The notes under the pieces were generated by a model. It saw only the letters and a program-made list of their open reading frames with translations. It did not search any database and was not told the DNA's origin. Positions 1 to 12,984 of a stretch of 64,000 nt of DNA are shown here, piece by piece. Position 1 is the first letter of the stretch, and each line of letters opens with the position of its first letter. This DNA is from Heptranchias perlo (taxonomy: Eukaryota), in NCBI RefSeq assembly GCF_035084215.1, contig NC_090332.1:38874001-38938000 (forward strand), in the 5' to 3' direction. Both the position numbers and the translations under genes were made by a program.

Positions 1-539
1 AATCTTTTAAAAAATTGCCAGTTTTAAAAAATTTTTTACATAGTAATTAATATTTGTTGCCAACCATGGCAGAATTGAAACACTCGCTGTCTTTAGCTGA
101 AGAACAGCAGCCAAGTTTAACGTCAGAATATTCCTGGTGCAAAATTTAGAAATAATTGTTAAACTCTTGACAACAGCTGAGTGTGTGTGAAATTAGCAGC
201 CTGTACAGAGCAGGAGAGAAGACTGGCAAAGTAAACAGGATTAGAACAAGTCACAAATGGAAGAGACACATAGAACGCTCGGATTGTTTTATCCCCACTG
301 CCGGATCAGTTGCCTCTCTGAGGTGGGTTTTTCCAGAGCTGGGCACATTTTGTTTATAATGCTAACTTCATTTATGTAGTTATGTGCTGGAGAGACAGGG
401 AAGGATGCGTTAGAGCTCTGCTAGCCCAAATCAGACCGACCAAAGGCAGCCCTTAAAAGGTGCTTTTATATGTCCTGAGCAGTTTTCGGAGACGAGTGTT
501 AAGCCAACATTACAATACCTTTGCTCCTCCTTGTCCCCC

Positions 540-760
540 CACAATTACATGCAGCCTGTTGTCGTGCTCCATCAAGTGATGGGCAAAAGTGGAACCAATG
601 GATCTGGTAGCAGTGCACGATACATGAAAAAGTGGATATCCACTGGTGCCAGAAGAAGTTTAGAGAAATAGCCGATTTCAGCTTCAGAAACATTCAAGTT
701 GCAAAACTTGAAATAATCACTAAATCGGTGAGAGAAGCACTCGTTTGCCATCAGTTGCAG
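540..760 (-). mobile_element. Highly degenerate PIF/Harbinger transposase remnant (N-terminal HTH region)
   Basis: Minus-strand translation LKSAISLNFF...IVHC resembles the KVTVALNFFASG...VHxCI block seen in better-preserved Harbinger transposases in this window. Confidence 0.3.
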
Positions 761-2194
761 TTTTCACATGTAGAAGCACCAAAACGCTCACACAGGGCTA
801 CTGAACCTGAGCATGCCAGTACCACCAACCCCCTTCCTCCACAGACTGAAGGCCAGCTACCAATAGACTCGAAACCCACCCACCCCAACCATACTACAAT
901 GTCTCCAGTAGCCCTTCCCAACCAAGCACTTAAGTCAGTGGTTACCAATACTGCTGCGACTAACTCACCTGTTTGCCTGAATCACAATGCTGCTTCCTTT
1001 GCTCACCCACGGTTATAAAGGGAGAGATAAAAACAAGGGAAAAGAGCAGTAGGTGAGACAGAAGTGAAGAACAGAGACGACAGCAAGGGAGGAGAGAGAC
1101 AGTAGTGAAGAAGGGAAAGAGAAAGAAATGAAGGAGGTAGAAATGACATGGTCCATGGAGTCCAAGAAATGCGGAATAGATTGAGAATTCTGCCTGGTTC
1201 AGAAGTACATTAATTCAATCCTTTCCAGCCCAGTCACTAGTTGTGACACACATCTGTTCCACTACTCTTGTACTAAGGTACTCAAGCAAACTTGTCGAAC
1301 ACCTGTGACTTAATTTTATTGACATCAGTGGTTGACATACCTACGTACAGGTTATATTTCTTCCTGGTCATCCTCATTTCACTCCTTGTCACTTTCTTCT
1401 AGAGAGGTGTCTTCATTTGGATATCCTTCCAGGTTCTGTGGGTACATTACCCCGTGCTCATGGTGACGGTGGTTGTTATCTATGCCTGCATAATGCTCTA
1501 GGAGCAGTGGCCTTAAAAATGGTTCTTTAAACCATGCTGTACTCTGGGAAAACTCAAAGTTAATTCTAAGCACTGTAGAAAGTATAGATAACAATCTTAG
1601 AACAAAGGAGCCTTACAACTAGCAGCTGATTCCAATTAGCGACTGGAGCTGGGGAGGTCAAGGTTGTCAAGCTCACAAGCCTGGAGATAACAGATGGGTT
1701 ACACTGTCTGTGTAAGATAAGCAATGCCTGGGAGTGACCCAAAGGCAAGCAAATTTTATGTGGTGTTGTCTGTTTTATCATCATTTAGGGTTGGAAAAGT
1801 AAAAGGAACTTATCAGCTAATGAGCAAGCCTATTTTCAGTGAATAATTACATTTTGCTTGTTATGAGTCCTTGACCTATATCTGTTTAAGGTGGTTGGCA
1901 TTTTAAAGTGAATCCTTGCAATCATATGAGCCATTTTGATTGGTCAGCCATTGAAATAGATGGGGAAGAAGATCTTACTTTATGAAATTAATTGTATAAA
2001 AAATTGTGTTTTTGACACCCAAACTAGAAGTTTGGAGAAATTTGGTGAAGGATTTAGAAGGAAGATTACAAAGTTTAAGAAGCCAGTATTCTAAACTGAG
2101 ATGGTGTTAAGAGTGAAAATTTAAATTTTAGGAAGTTTAATCTAATAGAGACAAACATTTAGAATATGTCACTCTCTTATTTGACAAATCTAAT

Positions 2195-2610
2195 GGGTCG
2201 ATTTTAACCCCCAGCGGGTTTCGGGAGGGAAAGGGGAGTGCCAAACACACTCACATGCCCAGGTTTGAGGCCCAGAGTTATTTGAACTTCCAGGCCTCAT
2301 CTGCATGCCGTTGGTCAGCTGGCTGACTGGAGGCTACTGGCCAGAGCTAAAGGAAAACTCATCGGCAAGTAGCTAAATCACAAAGAGGGGGTCACAGCGG
2401 AAGGAGGGGGAATGTCCTGGGCTGGGGAGGCCGCGACTTTCCCTGTGTGCCCGGAGAGGCACTTCTGTTTCTACTGGCTCCACAAAAAAAAGCTTTTCAC
2501 TTATTTTGGAGGGTCACTTCGTCCTTCCCGACAACCGCCGTCCTGCCTTCACCTGGAGGAAAACTTCTTCGCTCAGGCCCAGGTTTATGTGCAATTGGGG
2601 TCCAGTTGAT
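2195..2610. mobile_element. Degenerate Harbinger-type MITE (left part)
   Basis: Starts GGGTCGATTTT, resembling the GGGCTC(G/A)ATTTT TIRs elsewhere in the window. Carries a decayed copy (2444-2485) of the internal hairpin found at 20273 and 52613. Confidence 0.45.
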
Positions 2611-3844
2611 GTACAGGAGGTTGCATGAAACTCAAGAATAATATTGTCAGTTAGTAGCTTATTTGAAATGCTCTGAAATAGACTTCAAACATACTTATGT
2701 AGACTTGTTATCCAAAGCTATTAACCTGTCAGCTATATAAGGAATCTAATTGTGAAATAACCTAGCTGTGCGATCCTGGACAAGTAGTGTAATGCTATTT
2801 AAACTATAACTGAGCCTGTAACAATTGTAATTCTGTCAGTTCCGAATATCTATCTAAATACTTTCTGTGCTCTTTAATGCTAATCTTATGATGGTGTTAA
2901 TTGTGTTATTATAGATGTGTTGTTAAAATGATGTTAGTTCATGCATATCTATTTCTGACTTCATTTTCGATGACTTTGACAAGAGGAAGTTAACTAATTT
3001 ATTCAATAGTGTTCAGTGTTCTTGCTGTAATTGGTTTTATTTGTATAAATGTTAAAATACTTTTGGACTAATTAGTGTGAGACAGCTCAAACGAGCTAAC
3101 TTTAGACATAGACTGTTCATCTCCAACTTCATTCTCTGATATGGAGTTGAAAGAAAAAGGTTAAAAATTCTTCTATTACCCTTTGGCCAATATTCCTTAC
3201 GTGGTTTACAGATTTACTGTCCATAGAGATCTTACAGTGTGTTGCTGCTCTGCATCATATGATGCATTTCTCTTTTCTCTCAACATGTCATCTTTGACTG
3301 CATATATTGTTAAGTAAATTGTGTTTTCTGCTGTCTGAGGTGTTCCTCCATTTCTCCCAAAAATTGTAGATTCCACAGCTTGATTGACTTGGAGCGTGAC
3401 GTTTAACAGTTAAGTCACTGTTTAGCTAGTGAAACAGCATCTTAAGGATGTTTTGTGATTGCTCACTCATCTGTGTGTTACTATAAGTGCACTCTAACAC
3501 ATTGAGCTTCCAGAAACGTACTGAGGAAAGTGTGCGTTTCTGCAAGTATATTAAAAAATGGTTCAAAAACTGAACTCACTAAATGTTTGTATGCCAAGGG
3601 AATTTCATCCTCAAATGAGGCAATTCTGAGGGGGGATTTTTACCAATATTTATTTTTAACATTAGGTAAACTATGAATTGGTCCTGTCACAATGGATGAC
3701 CTTGCATCATTTGTTGAACACATCTGTCAAAGGAGATTAAAGAGGAAAAGATGATGCACCCACATAGGAGGAGGAGAATCCGCACCCAACCTTATCCCAG
3801 GGAAATGGTCTGTAGATCCAGATTAAACTACCTGCAAGTATTGT

Positions 3845-4400
3845 ACTCTTATTCAGGCGCAGTAGAGAGATAATGACTGAGCCGTGCTGATTGATTCCAC
3901 GTGATTCGAGAGGTTCTCAGTGACTCCAACTATTTTGCCCGTGCCTACAAAATTGACATTGGCAATCAATTTCCTTGCTTTGGGGATGTTCCAGGAACCA
4001 GTGGGTGGTTGTGCTGGCTTTAGTCCGAGTATATTATCCACCTGCATTCAGCAGATAACTGATGCACTGTTCTGGAAGGCTGATGGCTTCATCCTCTGTT
4101 CCAGGAATCTTGAAACACAGCTGTCTGGATAGTAAAAGTTTTATGCTGCTGATATAGTTTTCCCAATATTCTGCTTGTGGTAGCTTATACACACATGAAA
4201 GTATAAGTACTATCAGTCAATCCATTGATTGTAAGGGCTTCTATCCCTTTATCGTACAAGTAGTCTGCAATTGTGTCATGGTGAACTGCATGTTTAGCAT
4301 GTATGCATACTACCTAGATATCACAGAAGAATGCATCCATGCTGTAGCAAATGATAATGAGGAATTGCAACAGCCTGCTGCAGGGGTTGGCAAGTGGGCA
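3845..4400 (+). mobile_element. Degenerate Harbinger transposase remnant
   Basis: ORF 3920-4132 reads PVPTKLTLAINFLALGMFQ...STCIQQITDALF, followed by a decayed CKGFYPF.VQVVC-like motif near 4230-4270. Confidence 0.6.
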
Positions 4401-6109
4401 ATAAGAGCAACCTTATTGATCATCCTTTCAATTGAAGGAAATACTCCAATCAATCTTTCTCAATGCCTAGCCATTGTCTTTTTTATTTTACATGTCAATC
4501 CACAATATGGTCATCTCCATGTTCTCCTTGCTATCATCAAAAATACATCATGCTATTCTCTGTCCTTTACCAATACAAAACTCAAAGGAAATTACATATG
4601 AATGAACAAAACTAAAACATTGGAGTAGTTGCAAATAAATAATGTTCCAAACATATAATACAAAAGCGCCTGAGATATTTGTCATTTACTCAATGTTCTT
4701 CTTCAACTTGTTGCACCAAGTGGGTATTTATTTCTGACTGTATCCTTCATAATTCCCCTGTGGTTGCAGAATTATTGGAGGAGAAAGTCAAAAGTGGCTT
4801 GTGCAATTGGAGTGTTAGGATGAGAGAGGCATTTGCAATCCTCTTGGCTCCACAGGAACATTTTAAAAAACGTTTTTAAGCTGACCTTTTGGTGGTGGCC
4901 ATTGCTTAGGTCACAGCAGCCACTGAAGAGTCATCAGTGGAGCAGGCCCATCACTTGCTCTTCTCCGGACTGTTACATTTGGCAGAGGGTTCCTAAAACA
5001 AGCATTAATCCTCTCATTTAAATATGTAAGGAATCTACCGCCTGTTTTAGGTGGCCTGAAAAATCGTTCAATCCAATTTCAATTTGGATATTTTTCAGGT
5101 GTCCTTGGACCACAGGACGTTGGTCCCAAAAATCGGGCCTTCTTGCACCTGTTTCATTAACTTCAATGGTAAAGAAAATCGGGTGCCGTGTTCGCTAGGA
5201 GTGTGTTTCATGCTACTGGTGAAGACCAATTTCATCCTCGTGGTCTCCAAATACTGGGTTGTAATCAAGTGAGGTACGTACATCCGGATGGAGTAACCAT
5301 TGGCTCAGTGGTAGCATTCCCGCCTCTGAGTCAGTTGGGTTGGGTTTCTGGTGAGCAGAGAGCGGAGCACCAGATCTGAATACTGGATTGACTTCCAGTG
5401 GGTGTATTTGCGTCTGGTGGTTGCTGGTGCCCCTGAAATTGTAACGGGTGAGTCACAAAATCACACATATTGATTGGGCCTCCCGCCGACATCATCGGGT
5501 AGGCAAAGCTGACACCCCTCCCACTGACCACCCAATGTACACCAGAAATGAAAATTGACCCCCATTGTGTGAGCTCCTTCAGGCGCACTGTCTGAAACCA
5601 AGGGTTAGAGTTAATGACCCCATTGAAAAGGTCTCATCAAACTGAACATCATCTTTTTCCTCGGGAGGTTGACCCAAAGCTCTGCAAACAGCAGCTTGTG
5701 CGTACTTTTAGTGGAAGGAAGCCAGCTTCCAATTTGTTCTGTTGTTAATGTGACTACATGGTGACTTATAGACGTCAAGCACTTCACATCTAATTTGATT
5801 AGGTGTATTCATCATTATTACAATAAATCTTTAATAATTGAATAGTTTAAATTTCTGGCAGAAGTGTGATAAATTCCCTACAGATTGAAAATGGTGCAAG
5901 ATAGATTCAAAGTTAATTGAAGACATTTAATACTGTAAAACAGTCTAAGGTCGATAGACTGAAAGAACTCCCACGTTTTGGGATTTTTTGACCATTTTCC
6001 ACAGAAAGGTTTTGGAATAAGAGTTAGTTTAAAATGTTAGGGGTAATTTTAACTTTTGGCGATGGTGTAAAACAGATGATATCTGATTGGCTGCCCGTTC
6101 CCCTTTCTA

Positions 6110-6945
6110 AATTGAGGTGACTGTGGCCCTGAATTCCTATGTTTCAGGGTCATTCCCGGCTGGAACAGGTGACATAAGCATCGTTAGTTAATTTACCGTA
6201 CAACCCTGCATCAAAGCAGGTCACCGATCGAGGAATGCACTGCAAATTCAAAATAAATTCATCTCCTTTCCTACGGAGCCAGCAAAGGAAGAAGATAGAA
6301 TTCTGGGCTTCGCCAGATTGCAGGCTTCCCCCACGTGTGGGGTGTAATTGATTGCACCCTATAGCCTTGAATGCTCCATATCAAGACGCCTTACTGTACT
6401 TGAACAGGAAGGGGTTTCATTCACTGAATTTGCAACTGGTGTGTGATGACAAGCAGCACATCATGCATGTCTGTCCCCAGTGTCCTGGCAGTTGTCATGA
6501 TGCCTTTATCCTGCAGCGGTCTTCAATCCCCCCTCTCTTTCACCCAGGCCATAGGGTTTCCAAATGGCTGCATGGGGACAAGGGGTATCCCCTGAACACA
6601 TGGTTGAAGCACAGACACAGAGGAGCTCTACAATCAGAGCCACATCTCCACCAGAGCTCTGACTGAGCAAACCATCAGCATCCTGACACAAAGGTTCCAA
6701 TGCTTCGATAGATCTGAAGGCGTCCTGCAGTAAAGCCCTAACAGAGTCTCCAGATTCACTGCAGTTTGTTGTATTCGCCATAGCTTTGCCCTGAAAAGGA
6801 GGCAACCCTTAGAGACATCTGAGGAGGAAGATGTCGAGGTGTTGGAGCAGGAAGGACAGCACAATGCCGAAGAAGAGCAAGAGCCACAAGTCCTGCCAAC
6901 TGCCAGAGCTGTACACAAGTACATCATCAAATACTTAGTTGAATC
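6110..6945 (+). pseudogene. Harbinger (DDE_Tnp_4/HARBI1-like) transposase, disrupted
   Basis: Motifs GVIDC, LNRKGFHSLNLQLVCD, PGSCHDAFILQ, WLHGDKGYPL and RFQCFDRSEGVLQ, with an acidic tail. Contains frameshifts and stops. Confidence 0.85.
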
Positions 6946-7056
6946 ATTCCTTTCCTTCCCCAACAGTCTCTTCTACCATCATACCCAATCTTTTTATCCA
7001 CCCTCAACTTACCTATCATTTCACTACACATGGTCCACAAACACCAATCTAAATAA

Positions 7057-7193
7057 TTCATTTCGTTCACCTGAGGAAGGAGGAAGCCTCCGAAAGCTTG
7101 TGAATTTAAAATAAAATTGCTGGACTATAACTTGGTGTTGTAAAATTGTTTACAATTGTCAACCCCAGTCCATCACCGGCATCTCCGCATCAT
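7057..7193 (+). mobile_element. Solo Penelope-like pseudo-LTR fragment
   Basis: Near-identical (reverse complement) to the terminal about 135 bp of the GIY-YIG-encoding element at 35530-36334 and to 51819-51943. Confidence 0.85.
7066..7104 (+). ncRNA. Minimal type I hammerhead ribozyme (PLE-associated)
   Basis: TTCAC-CTGAGGA-A-GGAGG/AAG/CCTCC-GAAA-GC-TT-GTGAA: stem I TTCAC:GTGAA, core CUGANGA and GAAA, 5-bp stem II, palindromic AAGCTT stem III. Confidence 0.8.
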
Positions 7194-8032
7194 AAATGAA
7201 CTCTGCACAACAAGAATTTGGTTAAAAATGGTGATTGCCATAAAACAAATTCCAAAACTAAAGATCACCCTTGAGCAAACCGTTTGTGCCTGTCTTCGGT
7301 GTTCTTTTCGCTACTCTAGTTTTCCTATGAGGTGCTATCCCAGTGGACTACAGTATGGGAAGTGGAAGGCTGCTGAGGGCACTTGAAGTGGCCCTGGTGG
7401 GCGACCTTGAGGAGCTCTGGCTTGAGAGAGTCCGACTTTAGACTGCAACATCCAGTCTATGGCCGGGGCAGTCTGGCCCAGCTGTCTTTCTGGTACCAAA
7501 GTGGGCTCTGGTTAAGGGGCTGGCAAGGGAGTCGGAGTGCTGTCATCTTGAAACAGAACAGCATATGCCTTTCCCATGGTACCACTGCCATTTTTATGGG
7601 GCTATGCCTCAGCGCTCCCACTGCTCTGCGCGAGAACAGAGTGCAGGAGAGATGTGACAGTTTGCAAGCTAGAAGAGATGTTGGAACCCGGATCCTGAAT
7701 GGCAGCAATCTGAGCTTCCATCAAAGCTGTCAGAGCTGATGCCAAAGGCTCTGTGGGCTCGATATAAAAGGGCAGCGGGATGTCAGCGGGCGGGGGGGGG
7801 GGGGGGGGGGCGGGTCAATGGGCGCGGGGCAAACCAGACTAATAAAACCTTGCTGTTCCCCACGTGATCTCGACTTAATTGGTGCCCTTTAACCGTGTTC
7901 CCCGGTTTGCCATCTGAAAGCTGCGCAGTGGGCGGACTGCGCACCCACATGACAGGCTATCAGCTGGAGTGTCTAGATTTAAAGGGTCATTGCTCCAATG
8001 GATTTTGCTGGAACAAAGAGCAAGAAAATCCA

Positions 8033-9975
8033 ATGGGGCAGCACAGGGGCAAGGCTGCTCCAAGATTCAGCGATGCCTGACTTCAGCTGCTACTGGCCGG
8101 AGTGAGGAGGTGGAGGGAACTATTTTACCCAGCCGACAGGACGAGGTGCCCTGCCTCTGCCACTAAGAAGGCCTGGCTTGAGGTGGCAGAGGAGGTCACC
8201 AGCTGGAGCAAAATATTCTGAACTTGGGTCCAGTGGAGGAAGTGTTTCAATGACCTAACTAGGTCAGCAAAAGTGAGTACACTTACTGACTATTCTGCAT
8301 TCCATGTTCCACATCACCACCCCCTCCAACTCATTCTGCACTGCCACGATTACTCCATCACATCACTCCTCACACCCTCTTAAGGCTCATCCTCAACTTA
8401 CCTGCCCTTCCTGAGAACTTCCTCACCTCCCCATTTGTGACCCCACCACTACCACTCACTCCAATCCTCATCCAACGTGATGGCTCTGTCTCATACTCAC
8501 TCTCTGATGCATCTCTTTCATGGTCAGCCTCACTCAAAACAATGCATTCATCGGTTGGCCACTTCACCATCACTCACTCACATGTCTGTTCTTTCTCCCC
8601 TTCTAGGAGAATAGAGTGCAAGATGCACACGAGAGGGCGATGGTTGGAGGGGGGCCACAACAAATAGTGGTCCTCACAGACACGGAGGAGGAGGCCCTGC
8701 AGATTAGCCGTACCCTGGAGTGCCTGTCCGTCGGGGACACTAAGACTGGCATCACACAAACGTCTGGTGACACAACTTTAACATTCATCACACACAACAT
8801 GAATTGATGTTAACAATGCTTGGCATGTTGAACACCTCAGTATGCTCATGCAACATGACACATCTGTGAAGATGCTTAATATTGTCTTCTGTTCTCTTCC
8901 AGGCCTCACCATCTTCAATGACCTCAGTGACGGCAGAGGGCGACCCCTCAGAGGTGCTCCAGGCCTCTGAGGGTGCACCATCACATCTTAGTGAGTCATC
9001 TACCAGCACAAATACTCAAACCTCTGAGGGTCCTAATAGTCAGTTAGTTGGGTTGGCACCTGGTGAGTCACCACACACAAGTGAGCACAAGTAGACATTG
9101 GTGGCAGGGGCAGCTGTGGAGAGTCTGGGTCAGTGGGAGCACTCCTCTCCAGGCTCTGCGCAGCTGGATGCAGATGCTGAACTCTGTAGGCCATCATTTA
9201 AAAGAAGAATGATCGAGGGACAGCAGCACATTTCCGAGGTACTGGAACAGGTGTCACGCACACTCTCCACAATAGCACAGAGGACGGAGGACTCCAACTC
9301 CTGCATTAGTGGAATGGTGGCACAGGTACGGGAGGGAATCTCTAAGGTAGTGTCACAGGGACGTGAGCAACTCTCTGAGATAGTGTCGCACTAACTGCGG
9401 AAATGTCTGAGATAGTGTCGCAGGTAAGTGCGGGAATGTCTGCGATGGAGAGAAGGCTAGCCTCCATTGAGCTTTAAACACGGCTCACAAATGAGTCCAT
9501 TCAGGCCCTGACAATGGCCGTTCGGACTCATGGTGAACAACATTCTGGCGCCTTAAACAGGCAGTCAGAAAATTTACAACGGGGCTTCCAAGGCATCATA
9601 CATGTCCTCCAAACTGTCCTCTAGCAGGGTGGTGGGAGTGGTGGGGGCCTGGTCCAGGGGAAATATGATGGCGAAAGGGGACATGGAAGTGGGGACGCCA
9701 CTCAAAGCGCTCCCACGCCTCACCCATTGCCCCTCTTACAACCAGTACCCGCATTACTGCCTCCTCTCCAGGCGGCCGAGTCAGCCCCTGCACAGGTGCA
9801 GGTTGAGCAGTCTTTGGAGGGGCCCTCACTGGCTCCAAAACCCAGAAGGCGTAGGCCGAAAGCATCTAAACAGACCGGCCATGGGCATGAGTAACCTGCC
9901 ACTACCTCTGCTGCAGCCACAGGGAATGCATCACTTAGAAGCGGTAGGAAGAGAAAAGCTAGGATTTGTGATCAC
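8033..9975 (+). pseudogene. Harbinger Myb/SANT-like (trihelix) accessory gene, 3 exons, disrupted
   Basis: Exon 1 reads MGQHRGKAAPRFSDA*...WVQWRKCFNDLTRSAK with a GTGAGT donor at 8273. Exon 2 follows ...ttctag at 8607 (ENRVQDAHERAMVGGGPQQ..LTDTEEEAL). Exon 3 starts at about 8903 and is Ser-rich, then coiled-coil, then a basic C-terminus. Premature stops are present. Confidence 0.75.
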
Positions 9976-10294
9976 AAAAGGTATGCACAAGGGTGTCTGA
10001 CAGACTGTCACGTTTTTCATTTATATTTGGTTCCTTTTAAAGTCATATTAAATGTTATCATTCTCACCACTACTGCCACGTCTTGCCATTCTTGACTGCC
10101 TTTTGTGATAATGCCCTTTCATGTGCTTCACGATGAACGACGACACTTGATGCCACCCAGTGGGTCACTTTACAATGGGTGTATGTGTAGTTGCAGGACT
10201 GTTTTGTGCGGGGGGGGTGGGGGGTGGAGGGGGCTGGTGTGGGCGCTGCTCTTTCCAGGTGGTGTGAGGACTGGACTTTTCATACTTTCTGATC

Positions 10295-11531
10295 TTACGA
10301 GAAACGTTCAAATATGAGTGACTCCCTGGCCTCACGAGCAGCCAGGTGAGCCGTTGCTCTGCCCGTGGGTTCATTCTCCTCCTCATCCTGCTCCTGCTCC
10401 TCCTCCTCCTCCTCAATGTGGATGGCAGATGTGGATGGTCGAAGAGGGGATGGGGCCTCCTCAATAGGTACCCCTCTCTGTTGCGCTATGTTGTGCAAGA
10501 TACAACACACTACTATAATGAGACCCAATCTCGCTGGTGCATATTGAAGCGCTCCCCCAAAACGATCGAGATGCCGAAATCGCATCTTCAGCAGTCCTAT
10601 CGCATATTCAATTATAGACCGTGGCGATGTGGCTGTCGTTGTATCGACACTGTTGCTCACTGATGGGCTTCCTCAGAGTTGTCATGAGCCACGTGTGCAG
10701 GTGGTATCCCTTGTCCCCGAGGAGCCAGCCCTTAAGGGTGCTCGCTGCGTGGAAGTGGGGCGGGATGTTGGATTCCCTCGGAATGAACGAATCGTGGCAG
10801 CTGCCAGGGAATCTGGCGCATACGTGAAGGAATCTTTTGCAGTGGCCACAAACGAGCTGAGTGTTGATGGAGTGATACCCGTTTCTGTTGATGAACAGAC
10901 TTGGCTTGTGTGGAGGTGCTCGGATTGCTTTATAGGTGCAATCGATTGCACCCTGCACCCTGTGGGAAGCGAACCACAGAGTGGAAGAGTGGAATCCCAT
11001 TGCACTCTCCGTCTGGCTGAGGTTGTCCATGGGGAAGTTGACATATTGCAAGGCCCTGAGAAATAAGTCATCAGTGACCTGCCTTATGCACTTGTGTGCA
11101 GACGACTGAGAGACCCCGGTGATGTCACTGGTGGCACCCTGGAATGATCCTGGAGATGAAGAAGTTGAGAGCAGTGGTGGCTTTAACTGTGACAGGTAAT
11201 AAGATGCCGCCAGACCCAGCAGGGAGCAGCTCGCATGAAGGAGGCTGCAGATGTCTGCGACCACCTGGTGACTCACTCTTAGCCTCCGTATGCACTGATC
11301 CTCAGAGAGGTCCAGGAAGCTGAGCCTCGGTGTGTAGACCCTCTGACGAGGGTAGTGCCTCCTGTGACGTCGCTCCCTCTGTTGTTGCCCTCTGTGATCT
11401 TGTGCAGGTCCCTGTGGTGCAGCACTGTGTTGTGGAGCTCCAAGTGGCGGAAGTGCACGCCCTGCCTGGCGAGGTTGGTGATGTTCCTTGTCCTCGGATG
11501 TAGTGGTGAATGCAGCCATGGCGCCCCCCAT
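10295..11531 (-). pseudogene. Harbinger DDE transposase, frameshifted
   Basis: ORFs 10608-11531 and 10295-10660 give RVQGAIDCT, NRNGYHSINTQLVC, ARFPGSCHDSFI, WLLGDKGY, IEYAIGLLKMRFRHLD, CCILHNIA and a poly-Glu tail. Confidence 0.92.
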
Positions 11532-12984
11532 CCTGATGGTGTGAGTTTGAAGTGGTTTGAAAAGTTGGTCAATATGTGTAAACAGAACAATTCTGAGTGG
11601 AAACCAAGAATTCTCAGTCTAAACACAAAGGTCTCCCAGCCAAAAGTTTGTCCGAGAGAACTGAGTGCCCTGCTGCAATAACTCGCCTTTTATCCCCATC
11701 TGTCAAACAGGGATTTAAATGTCCAAGTGGCTGCTGGCTGCAACACGACTTGTTCCCCATGGCGTGTTTCACACAGCACGGGAAACACGCTGAGGCAGCG
11801 TTGAAATCGCTTGCCTTCAATCTTAATTAGATTCATGTACATTTCAAATACTTCAAGTACTTGAATTCCTTGTTTAAATATCGTCCCACCGGCTTTAATT
11901 GCTGGCCGAACTTTCGGGTTCGGGAACGGCGCTCCTACCCAGATGACTCTGAGTCATGCGCGTTCTTAGGCGTGTTGGAGCTGGGATTTCTACCTGTTTT
12001 TGGAAATCACGATATTCTTCGCCCGACCGCCCCCCCCACCAACGCTCCCGCAGTTCTGGTTTAAAATCGAGCCCCACAACTGAGGACCTCATTGTAATGT
12101 GCATAGAGGTGACCACACGCTCCATGGTTCACCGCATTGATTCGATGCTCTGTGCGATGACCTCTCACAAGTTTGAGATAGACTCCTCCATACTCTCTGA
12201 CTTTGTGTACTGGCACCGTGGCAGATAGTCCAATGCACTGAGCAGTTGGTGGTGTTCTTTTATAGGCTGGGCCCTGGAAGTCATCATATGTGCCCTCTAC
12301 ATCAGGGCTAGAACGTGTGCTCGCCCTCTGGCGAACTGATCCTATCCCCCGACCTTTGCTGCTGCACACTTGTACTCTGTGAATCTCTCAGTGCAGACCC
12401 CTGGAACTGACTCTCTAAAGTACGTGGGGTGGCAATTTTTAAGCTGTGCTTATAAGGGTAAGCCGAGTAGGGTTTGTGCCTCTCTTCTACATCATTGGGT
12501 GCTACAGATGCCCCGCCCACTTTGTGCCCATTGTGGGCACAGATTGAAAATGTCCCCCACTGCTCTCTGTACCCCTATTGCTTTTAGTACTGACAAATCC
12601 AACAAATAATGCTTTCTGTGAGCTCAGATGACTTAAAATTAATGCACAATTGAGGAGCCAATTAGAATGGACCAGCAATAATGCTGCTGAGCCACTTGGT
12701 AAACTGCTAACCATGTCCTTAAGGAGTTCAGACCTGCGAAAGTTGCCTAACTCTCCTGTACGGTGCGTGTGCCTCTAGTGCTTTTCGTTCTGATTGGGTC
12801 ACATTTGTCTTGATGACCCTACATTAGCTCATGCCTGTAGTGCAGCCATTCTGCTTGTGACTTCTTAAAATATAGAAGGCTGTGTTGATACAATCATTTT
12901 CGGAAGTGCTTCTTGTTGCCCTTTTGTTATCAACAATATACTAACTCATGGAACAGATCAGGAATTTTCCAAAACTATGGGAAT

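Larger units (their letters stand above)
7755..12075. mobile_element. Harbinger element B, near full length (about 4.3 kb), two convergent genes
   Basis: Imperfect TIRs GGGCTCGATATAAA (7755) and TTTAAAATCGAGCCC (12060-12074). Myb/SANT-like gene on +, DDE transposase on -. Confidence 0.88.
6040..12450. mobile_element. Harbinger element A (older), interrupted by a Penelope pLTR and by Harbinger B
   Basis: Plus-strand transposase at about 6110-6945. A convergent Myb-like gene remnant lies on the minus strand at about 7260-7754 and resumes at 12076-12420 (MERVVTSM, compare MERVVTSI in the Harbinger C Myb-like protein). Outer ends are not resolved. Confidence 0.6.

Noticed and set aside
4278-4601. 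107-aa hydrophobic ORF as a membrane protein
   Set aside because: Lies in decayed Harbinger sequence, and the hydrophobicity reflects T-rich composition.
7787-7830. Long poly-G run as a regulatory G-quadruplex
   Set aside because: Part of the Harbinger subterminal G-tract, and homopolymer length is unreliable.
10295-11531. Domesticated HARBI1 host gene
   Set aside because: Frameshifted, paired with a Myb-like gene and enclosed by TIRs, so it is a transposon copy.
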